Below, piece by piece: positions 36,228 to 42,806 of a stretch of 48,972 nucleotides of DNA. A program made the translations under genes and the position numbers. This DNA is from an uncultured Clostridia bacterium (lineage in GTDB: Bacteria; Acidobacteriota; Aminicenantia; UBA2199), in the NCBI GenBank assembly GCA_964573895.1, contig CAZNLS010000003.1, positions 6,976 to 55,947 of the forward strand, read 5' to 3'. Below the pieces are notes generated by a model. That model worked only from the letters and a program-made list of their open reading frames with translations, ran no database searches and was not told where the DNA came from. Position 1 is the first letter of the stretch, and each line of letters begins with the position of its first letter.

Positions 36228-37841
36228 ATGAAAATCAAGTATGTCATTTTTGCAGTATTTATTCTGTTTGTTTTCTTTCAAACCGCCCCAGGGAATTCTG
36301 AAAGTAATCCGGGTGATATGTCCGACAGCTGCACAAGTATTATGGTCGGGAAACAGGCATCTTCCGACGGATCAGTCATTACATCCCATACCTGTGATGC
36401 AAATTACAGAACATGGGTAGATGTTGTTCCCGCAAAAGATCATAAACCGGGAGAACAGTGTGAAATCTATAAAGGATTGCTGCATACAGGTTATTCTACG
36501 GATTCGAAAGGTTTGAAAGTTCTGGGAAAGATCCCTCAGGTGTCACATACATTTAAGTATTTTAATACAGCCTATCCAGCAATGAATGAATTTCAGTTAA
36601 TGATGGGAGAGTCCACCTTTGGCGGAAAAAAAGAGTTAAAGAGCGATAGAGGAATTTTCCAGATTGAAGAACTTCAGAGAATTGCTCTTCAACGGACAAG
36701 GACAGCAAGAAAGGCAATACAGCTCATGGGTTACCTGATAAAGAAATACGGATATTGCGACTACGGTGAGGCCTTAACCATTGCTGATAAGGATGAAGTC
36801 TGGCAATTTGAAGTTGTGGGTCCCGGAAAGGGAAGATTGGGAGGAATATGGACGGCAAAAAGAATTCCGGATGATCATGTAAGTGTTGCAGCAAATATCA
36901 GCCGGATAGGGGAGATTGAGAAAAATAATCCGAATTTCTTTATGTATTCCAAAAATGTGATTAAACAGGCTGTAAAGCTTAAATTGTATGATAAGAAAAA
37001 AGATGGAAAATTTAAATTCTGGAAGGCTTACGGCGCCTCATACAGTAAAAAACCTTTTTCAATCCGTGAATTCTGGATATTGAGTAAACTTGCACCTTCA
37101 CTGGGGTTAAAATATGAATCTGAAGAATTGCCATTCTCTGTTAAACCGGAAAAGAAGGTATCTTTGAAAAAAGTGATGGAGCTTTACCGCACTACATATG
37201 TCGGGACAGAATATGACATGAGAAAGAATCTTCTTGTTGAAAAGAAGTATAAAGAGAATGGTAAAGAGATGGTTAAAAAAATTATAAGTCCGATCGCGAC
37301 TCCATGGATGTCAAGAGACCTCAGGAAACTTTTGAATACTCTGAAGAAAGATTCAGTAAAAAGGTACAGACCTGTTGCCGTGGAGTATTGTGCATACCAC
37401 ACTATTCTTCAAGCCAGAAAATGGCTTCCGGATGAGATCGGAGGTATTATGTGGTTAGGATTCGATAATCCTGCTCTGACTCCCAAGTTTCCTGTCTACT
37501 CAGGAATGGATGAACTGAATGAAAGACTGAAGATCGGTTCACAGCACCGCTTCACATTAGATTCACCGGCCTGGATATTCAGACGGGCAAGTAAACTTGC
37601 ACAGGGAAGATGGGATAAAGCAAAAAAAGAGATAGTAAAAACAATGAAATATTTTGAAGAGAAAATGTTGGATGAATCACTGAAGATTGAAAAAGAGGCT
37701 TTGAATTTTATAAAAAAAGATCCTGAAACGGCAAAAAAATTACTTTCCGATTTCTCTGATAATTCTTTAAGGTCGATGCTGGATAAATACAGGGAACTCG
37801 GAAATAAATTCTGGATGTTCTACCGGTTCAGAATGAGGTAG
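36228..37841 (+). CDS. exported dipeptidase, peptidase family C69
   Basis: The ATG at 36228 has an AGGAG RBS; the ORF track starts at GTG 36171. Has a signal peptide (MKIKYVIFAVFILFVFF) and the Ntn-type nucleophile context DSCTSIMVGK..SSDGSVITSHTCD. Confidence 0.85.
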   Translation: MKIKYVIFAVFILFVFFQTAPGNSESNPGDMSDSCTSIMVGKQASSDGSVITSHTCDANYRTWVDVVPAKDHKPGEQCEIYKGLLHTGYSTDSKGLKVLGKIPQVSHTFKYFNTAYPAMNEFQLMMGESTFGGKKELKSDRGIFQIEELQRIALQRTRTARKAIQLMGYLIKKYGYCDYGEALTIADKDEVWQFEVVGPGKGRLGGIWTAKRIPDDHVSVAANISRIGEIEKNNPNFFMYSKNVIKQAVKLKLYDKKKDGKFKFWKAYGASYSKKPFSIREFWILSKLAPSLGLKYESEELPFSVKPEKKVSLKKVMELYRTTYVGTEYDMRKNLLVEKKYKENGKEMVKKIISPIATPWMSRDLRKLLNTLKKDSVKRYRPVAVEYCAYHTILQARKWLPDEIGGIMWLGFDNPALTPKFPVYSGMDELNERLKIGSQHRFTLDSPAWIFRRASKLAQGRWDKAKKEIVKTMKYFEEKMLDESLKIEKEALNFIKKDPETAKKLLSDFSDNSLRSMLDKYRELGNKFWMFYRFRMR

Positions 37842-37850
37842 ATTTAAGTC

Positions 37851-38912
37851 CTATTTTATTGCCGACTTTATTATTCCGCCGCCAAGGACTGTATCTCCGT
37901 CATAGAGGACAACGGATTGGCCCGGGGTTACAGAAGATTGCTCTTCATCAAAAATGATATCCATACCCGTTTTTGTTATTTCGATTAAACAATCTTTTTC
38001 TTCTGCAGAAGATCTTATTTTTGCTTTAGCCTTTTCGGGAAGCATATCGACGAGTATGTTCACATCTTCAGACCGAAGGCCCTTTGAGAATAATTCTTCT
38101 CTCCTGCCAAGAATTATATTATTTGTCTTTGCGCTTATTGCTATTACATATAGAGGATGTGGTCCGGAAATTCCAAGTCCTTTTCTTTGACCTATTGTAT
38201 AGTTCCATATCCCGTTGTGTTCTCCCAGGACTTCACCGTCTAAATTTAAAAAACTGCCTTTTTTTGGTTTTGATTTTATGAGGTCGCTGTAATTTCCCGA
38301 ATAAAAATCCTGGCTCTCAGGTTTATTGTACACAGGAAGGCCGGAATCTTTTGCTATTTTCCTTACTTCATCTTTTGTATAATTTCCAAGTGGGAACAGG
38401 GATCTTGATAACTGCTCCTGAGTAAGCCTGTACAAGAAGTAGGATTGGTCTTTTTTTGGGTCTTTTCCCTTTTTTAAAATAAAATTTCCGGTTCCTGCAT
38501 CCTCGATTGCATTTACATAATGACCCGTTGCAAACTTTTCAAATTTCATTCCCGATTTGAAAAGAAGTGCGGGCAGTGCTCCGAATTTTATATTTTTATT
38601 GCAGAGTATACACGGATTTGGTGTTCTCCCTTCAGTATATTCACGATTGAAATTATCAAGAACAATGCTTTCATACTCTTTTGAACAATCAATTTGCTTA
38701 AAAGGAATCTCAAGGAAATCACAAACTTTTTTCGCCTCTTCAATATCATCTTTCTCATCAGGACCGTAACAGGCATTTCCTTTTGTTGTTTTTGCATCTC
38801 CACCCTTCCATAATGTCATTATAGTTCCAAAAATTTCGTGTCCTTCTTTTTTAAGTAAATAAGCGGCAACTGCGGAGTCTACTCCGCCACTTAATCCAAC
38901 CGCAATTTTCAT
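37851..38912 (-). CDS. mnmA: tRNA 2-thiouridine(34) synthase
   Basis: 353-aa ORF with the PP-loop motif GLSGGVDSAVAA, the catalytic NPCILCN motif and ATGHY. Confidence 0.95.
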   Translation of the reverse strand: MKIAVGLSGGVDSAVAAYLLKKEGHEIFGTIMTLWKGGDAKTTKGNACYGPDEKDDIEEAKKVCDFLEIPFKQIDCSKEYESIVLDNFNREYTEGRTPNPCILCNKNIKFGALPALLFKSGMKFEKFATGHYVNAIEDAGTGNFILKKGKDPKKDQSYFLYRLTQEQLSRSLFPLGNYTKDEVRKIAKDSGLPVYNKPESQDFYSGNYSDLIKSKPKKGSFLNLDGEVLGEHNGIWNYTIGQRKGLGISGPHPLYVIAISAKTNNIILGRREELFSKGLRSEDVNILVDMLPEKAKAKIRSSAEEKDCLIEITKTGMDIIFDEEQSSVTPGQSVVLYDGDTVLGGGIIKSAIK

Positions 38913-38961
38913 GATCTCACCTCTATAGATAATTGAAGATAACTTTCTCTCAAAGCGACTA

Positions 38962-38990
38962 ATTATAATGAAATTGCATCATAGGGTCAA
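38962..38990 (-). promoter_or_regulatory. sigma70-type promoter for mnmA
   Basis: On the minus strand: TTGACC (38985-38990), a 17-nt spacer, then TATAAT (38962-38967). It lies between the kinase-like gene stop (39021) and the mnmA ATG (38912). Confidence 0.6.
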
Positions 38991-39020
38991 ATTGAAAAAT
39001 TATCCTGACATTAATTTATA

Positions 39021-39941
39021 TTAATGATCTAATTCTTTTATAATTTCAATTTTTTTTAGAAAATCCGAATTCAGTTCGAACTTTAGAGAATAAGCTGGAA
39101 TATTTTTTACAAAAAAATGAATATTTTTGAAGCACCTAGTATTCAATTTTATTATTTCCCTTTTATCAAGTCTTGAAATGAGTAATTCATTTGATTGCCT
39201 GGCGAGTTCATTAAGGAGGCATAGTGCTTCTCCCTGCCCTTGTCTCTCTATTTTTGCACCCAAACCGTGCTCAAAAAATAGTACTGCCTTGAGTGGGGCT
39301 CTCTTTATTGCATTCCATCTTCTTTTTTTAATTGAGTTTTTTTTCCCAAATATACTGCTCCAGGTAGGCATGGGAACGGCATCGAAACTAAAACCCTCTC
39401 CCGGAATAACAATCGAAATATCATCTGAGTGAGATATCCAGGGCGGTTTGAAAGATTTGCTCATTGTGGTTTTCCCTGACCCGGATGCCCCTGCCAGAAG
39501 AATGCCATCGCCTTTGTATTCGGATAGTGCAGCATGGATCAGGAATCCGCCAGATTTAAGAAGATATCCTGCGACAACAGAAGTCAGGATGGACAATTGA
39601 CGCCATAGCCATTCGGTTCTGGTCATGAATTCCTGCTTACGATGATTTTTGTTTTGTTCTCCAGGGTCTCTTAACGGAAATCTTGAGAGATTTTCAGGCT
39701 CAAGGTAGAGAATAGAATCTGAGCTGGCAGAATTTTGAATGTAGCCTATTTCGGATTTTCCATCTGCTGATTCTATCCTGATTCTATGTTTTATTCCAGC
39801 CTGGATTTCCGAATCACCGATTGTTAAAAATGCATCAGAGAATTTATTAAGTACCTCTAATGAATTATTATCAACTGCTTCAATAAGGATCTGATTCCCG
39901 GTTGGTAATTTAAAATAATATTTCTTTAATTTACCAGTCAT
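39021..39941 (-). CDS. HprK-related P-loop kinase-like protein (RiPP-cassette type)
   Basis: 306-aa ORF. The Walker A motif LLAGASGSGKTT (39468-39491) is followed 12 aa later by ISHSDD, the same arrangement as GxSGxGKS...ADD in the HPr kinase C-terminal domain. Has an ATGA overlap with the PqqD-like gene. Confidence 0.7.
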   Translation of the reverse strand: MTGKLKKYYFKLPTGNQILIEAVDNNSLEVLNKFSDAFLTIGDSEIQAGIKHRIRIESADGKSEIGYIQNSASSDSILYLEPENLSRFPLRDPGEQNKNHRKQEFMTRTEWLWRQLSILTSVVAGYLLKSGGFLIHAALSEYKGDGILLAGASGSGKTTMSKSFKPPWISHSDDISIVIPGEGFSFDAVPMPTWSSIFGKKNSIKKRRWNAIKRAPLKAVLFFEHGLGAKIERQGQGEALCLLNELARQSNELLISRLDKREIIKLNTRCFKNIHFFVKNIPAYSLKFELNSDFLKKIEIIKELDH

Positions 39942-40246
39942 AAAATATCTTCAAACTTCTTTGATTCATCCCTGCTTTTTACTATGAATAATCTTCTGTA
40001 AAGTGTATCGGCAAATTTGGACACATCACTAAGAGCCGTAGAATTGTTTATAGAGAACTTAACGGCGATCTCATCTGCTATATCTCTAATAGATTTTTTC
40101 CCGTCGAGTAGATTCCATATAGAAACTGCAGTTTCATTAAGGCCGATTGTTTCAGCAGTAAGTGGTTGAAAAAGTACGCTATAATCTGAAAGATCGTTAA
40201 TTAGAATAACGCTTTTTATTTTTTCAGGTTTTAACTCGCTTTGCAT
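39938..40246 (-). CDS. PqqD-family peptide chaperone (RiPP recognition element)
   Basis: 102-aa ORF. The pattern LNETAVSIWNLLDGKKSIRDIADEIAVKF...ALSDVSKFADTL matches the PqqD winged-helix signature (N.t...iw.l.dG..t..ei...l......DV..f...L). Confidence 0.75.
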   Translation of the reverse strand: MQSELKPEKIKSVILINDLSDYSVLFQPLTAETIGLNETAVSIWNLLDGKKSIRDIADEIAVKFSINNSTALSDVSKFADTLYRRLFIVKSRDESKKFEDIL

Positions 40247-40279
40247 TTGAAGTATTTAATTAAGATTCACAGACAAAAC

Positions 40280-40567
40280 TCAGGGAGTAACAAACATTCC
40301 CGATCTGCAGCCATCCGGATCACTCGTTCCGCCTCCGCCTGCTTCACAATACCAGGGACTTCCCCCTGTTACACAGTCACCCTGCCCGGGTGTTGACCCG
40401 TTGCTACAATAAGAACCGGTCCAGCCATTGCCTCCCGATGCGCACTGTTCCGGATTCGGGCCTGCAGCACTACCCTGAAAACACCCCATTGTATGATCCT
40501 GACCCGTTACAGAACGGGATTTAGACCCAAGGTCAACACACACCGGGGGTTCATATTTTTTCTTCAC
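40280..40567 (-). CDS. Cys/Gly-rich candidate RiPP precursor peptide
   Basis: 95-aa ORF with a GTG start and a GGAG 7 nt upstream. The leader MKKKYEPPVCVDLG carries a YxxP motif. The core has six CxxG units (CFQG, CASG, CSNG, CVTG, CEAG, CRSG), 20 Gly and 7 Cys. By hand count, 40321-40500 contains 104 G+C in 180 nt. Confidence 0.6.
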   Translation of the reverse strand: MKKKYEPPVCVDLGSKSRSVTGQDHTMGCFQGSAAGPNPEQCASGGNGWTGSYCSNGSTPGQGDCVTGGSPWYCEAGGGGTSDPDGCRSGMFVTP

Positions 40568-40743
40568 TTGCTTTCTCCAACTGAAAATCTCAGATACCAG
40601 TTTAAAATGAGTACAATAATGGATAAATTATATAAAACTGATGCTAAAAAGTCAATACTCTCGGGTTGATTATTGACAAAAATTGTCAATTTATCAGCTG
40701 TTTTGTCAACAGGATTCATTGTGTCATTCTGTTTTATCATCAT
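40564..40743 (-). CDS. possible 59-aa small membrane protein (not in the ORF track, which stops at 60 aa)
   Basis: Hand translation gives MMIKQNDTMNPVDKTADKLTIFVNNQPESIDFLASVLYNLSIIVLILNWYLRFSVGESK. GAGGA lies 5 nt before the ATG at 40743, and the stop overlaps the precursor GTG (GTGA). Against it, the same DNA holds a consensus promoter and a palindrome. Confidence 0.3.
   Translation of the reverse strand: MMIKQNDTMNPVDKTADKLTIFVNNQPESIDFLASVLYNLSIIVLILNWYLRFSVGESK
40627..40655 (-). promoter_or_regulatory. near-consensus sigma70 promoter upstream of the precursor gene
   Basis: On the minus strand: TTGACT (40650-40655), a 17-nt spacer, then TATAAT (40627-40632). This predicts a 5' UTR of about 50 nt before the GTG at 40567. 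Confidence 0.55.
40672..40690. promoter_or_regulatory. 19-bp palindrome ATTGACAA-AAA-TTGTCAAT (candidate regulator site)
   Basis: Perfect 8-bp arms with a 3-nt centre. The centre lies about 60 nt upstream of the predicted transcription start of the 40627-40655 promoter. Another TTGACA copy sits at 40704-40709. Confidence 0.4.
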
Positions 40744-40768
40744 TATTTCCTCTTCATTCCAAAGTTAA

Positions 40769-40783
40769 CATGCATAATGCATG
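40769..40783. promoter_or_regulatory. perfect 15-bp palindrome CATGCATAATGCATG
   Basis: CATGCAT and ATGCATG are exact reverse complements around a central A. It lies about 26 nt upstream of the 59-codon ORF, in the divergent region. Confidence 0.35.
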
Positions 40784-40895
40784 CCAAAACTGAAGAGTTT
40801 ATATTTTGTATATAAATAAGTGATATTCCTAAAAAATTACAATATAATAAAATATGACAGGGGTGAGACAAAATTTGCAAACAGATGATTTATTA

Positions 40896-40913
40896 CCAAT
40901 TAAAACTAATTGG
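40896..40913. promoter_or_regulatory. inverted repeat CCAATTA-AAAC-TAATTGG
   Basis: 7-bp perfect arms with a 4-nt spacer, about 45 nt upstream of the ATG at 40957. Confidence 0.3.
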
Positions 40914-40956
40914 ATAATAAAAATTATTCCTGATATAAGTCAGTTGGGGAGTAACC

Positions 40957-41766
40957 ATGAAAATTAAATATTTTATTGTTTCCGCATCGATCATATTTAT
41001 CTTTCTTTTCACATGTCAAAGCCAGGCTGCACCGGATAATGCTTCTATAATTAGAAATAATAAATCTCTTGCCGGGAACTGGACCGGACATGGAGCCGGC
41101 GAAGAGGTGAGGTTCAGGCATAAAGCAGGTCTTCTTACACTTACTGTCAAACACAAAACTGAATTTGTTTTTAATATTGATAAGAACGGGGAAATCAAAG
41201 GTGAAGGAAGTATTGAGTACAATCTTGACAATAATACATCCGGATTGGATGATCTGGTTGCTTCCGTTCATTCACTGATGGGCTTGGCTCAGGTTCCCGG
41301 AATAGGGGTCAAGGGTCCGCTGGGTGATGCTGCAAAGGATATTGGCAGCAAGGCTACCGATGTAAAAGGTGTTACAAAGATCCAATATCAGGCTCCACAC
41401 CTCAAAAACGGTCCTGAAATCAGGCATTTTAAATTTAAAGGCAGAGTAAAACCAAGCAATGTAAATTCCGGGTCAGAGGAAAAATCAGCGGGATTTTTAA
41501 TTGAATTGGATGAAGTTAAGAATTTTACAATGGCCGGCGGGAAACCCGACAACACCCTAATCGCGGAATATGAGGTTAACAGAGTAAAAACAGAATCAAA
41601 ATTTCCATGCTGGTCTCCTTTTATAGATGGATCCGGAGTTGTCAGAAAGGGTCCCGGGAACATGTATATTGCAGAATTTCAAAAGAAGGGGAAACACAGA
41701 AAAGGAAAAAAAGTCTGGCAGGAATTCGGATATGTCTGGATTGCGAGGAGGATCTCGGAAAAATAG
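40957..41766 (+). CDS. secreted hypothetical protein
   Basis: 269-aa ORF with a GGGGAG RBS and a signal peptide (MKIKYFIVSASIIFIFLFTCQSQA). No family recognised. Confidence 0.7.
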   Translation: MKIKYFIVSASIIFIFLFTCQSQAAPDNASIIRNNKSLAGNWTGHGAGEEVRFRHKAGLLTLTVKHKTEFVFNIDKNGEIKGEGSIEYNLDNNTSGLDDLVASVHSLMGLAQVPGIGVKGPLGDAAKDIGSKATDVKGVTKIQYQAPHLKNGPEIRHFKFKGRVKPSNVNSGSEEKSAGFLIELDEVKNFTMAGGKPDNTLIAEYEVNRVKTESKFPCWSPFIDGSGVVRKGPGNMYIAEFQKKGKHRKGKKVWQEFGYVWIARRISEK

Positions 41767-41771
41767 TGAAC

Positions 41772-42806
41772 TTACTTTTTGTTAAGATCTATCATATATA
41801 ACTCCCATGTTTCAGTATCTGCATTCTCCTTAAAATAATAGAATCTTTCTTTAGCGATGGTATAGGGAGAATATGCAATTTCAGATAATTGTGCCTTGGG
41901 AAGCCAGACTGATCTGATTGTTTTTCCTTCTAAATTAGTAATTATCCATTTGAACCTGCTATCTTTTTCATGATAAGTCTGTACAAAGATTTTATTGGAA
42001 TCAATGAAGAAATTCTTAACCGTAGGAAAAGTTTCAGGGAAATAGATATGGTCTTTCATATAGTTCCAGTAGTTTTTATAAACCGGATCGGTTCTGTAGA
42101 ATTTTTTTACTCTATCTTTGAATCTCCCCGGAACTTTTAATGCTTTTTCCCGAATCTCAATGATTTTTATTTTTTCCCCATTGCTGTCAAATACGGATAT
42201 CTCCCCTTTTTCAGTGCCGGTAGATATATAAATTTTTTCATCTTTTACAATATATTTGAAGTTATAAGAAGGCACCATTATCCTTGCACCCATTCCTATC
42301 GGAACACCGCTCTTAAAAATGGCTTTTCTTTTTTTAAAATTTTTATCATACAGACAAATTGAAAGTAGAGGGAAAGATCTCTGAGACGAAGTGCTGCAAT
42401 TGCTTATATATCTTTCCCGGACAGGAATGAGGTAGCTCAACGGGGGGATTTTTACTTCGCTGATTAATTTGCCCTGCATACTGAATCTGGACAGCTTAGT
42501 GGAACTATTAATATATAATTCATTTTTAATAATGTCGATCTTTAATGAACCTGCACCATGCCCCATTTTAAACTCACCCGGACCTTCACCCTCTTTACCA
42601 AAACTTACAACAAGGGATCTGCTTTTCAAAGAGTAGATATATATTGTTTCATCTTCGCTGATTACAGCATTTACTCCGCTGATGATAAGAGTTTTCGGAT
42701 TGTTTATCTCCCCGGGGACCATGATAAGTTTCGCGGATAGCACCAGTGAACTGAAAATAATTAGTATAAATGTTATCTGTTTTTTCACTCTTCTCTCCAG
42801 TTGCAT
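41772..42806 (-). CDS. 6-bladed beta-propeller-like protein (membrane-anchored or exported)
   Basis: 344-aa ORF with an N-terminal hydrophobic anchor. The FGKEGEGPGEF motif and repeated strand-rich units resemble the Bacteroidota 6-bladed beta-propeller (BF3164-like) family. Has a TAATG overlap with the upstream gene. Confidence 0.5.
   Translation of the reverse strand: MQLERRVKKQITFILIIFSSLVLSAKLIMVPGEINNPKTLIISGVNAVISEDETIYIYSLKSRSLVVSFGKEGEGPGEFKMGHGAGSLKIDIIKNELYINSSTKLSRFSMQGKLISEVKIPPLSYLIPVRERYISNCSTSSQRSFPLLSICLYDKNFKKRKAIFKSGVPIGMGARIMVPSYNFKYIVKDEKIYISTGTEKGEISVFDSNGEKIKIIEIREKALKVPGRFKDRVKKFYRTDPVYKNYWNYMKDHIYFPETFPTVKNFFIDSNKIFVQTYHEKDSRFKWIITNLEGKTIRSVWLPKAQLSEIAYSPYTIAKERFYYFKENADTETWELYMIDLNKK

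Noticed and set aside
40280-40567. Calling the Cys/Gly-rich peptide a lasso peptide precursor
   Set aside because: The YxxP leader and T-x-G junction look lasso-like. However, if the core starts at G28, the first acidic residue is E40 (core position 13), outside the 7-9-residue ring rule. No Asn-synthetase-like cyclase or B2 protease gene is present in the window.
40924-41271. 115-aa minus-strand ORF overlapping the start of the secreted-protein gene
   Set aside because: The plus-strand gene has a GGGGAG RBS and a canonical signal peptide. The minus-strand frame has neither an RBS nor any motif.
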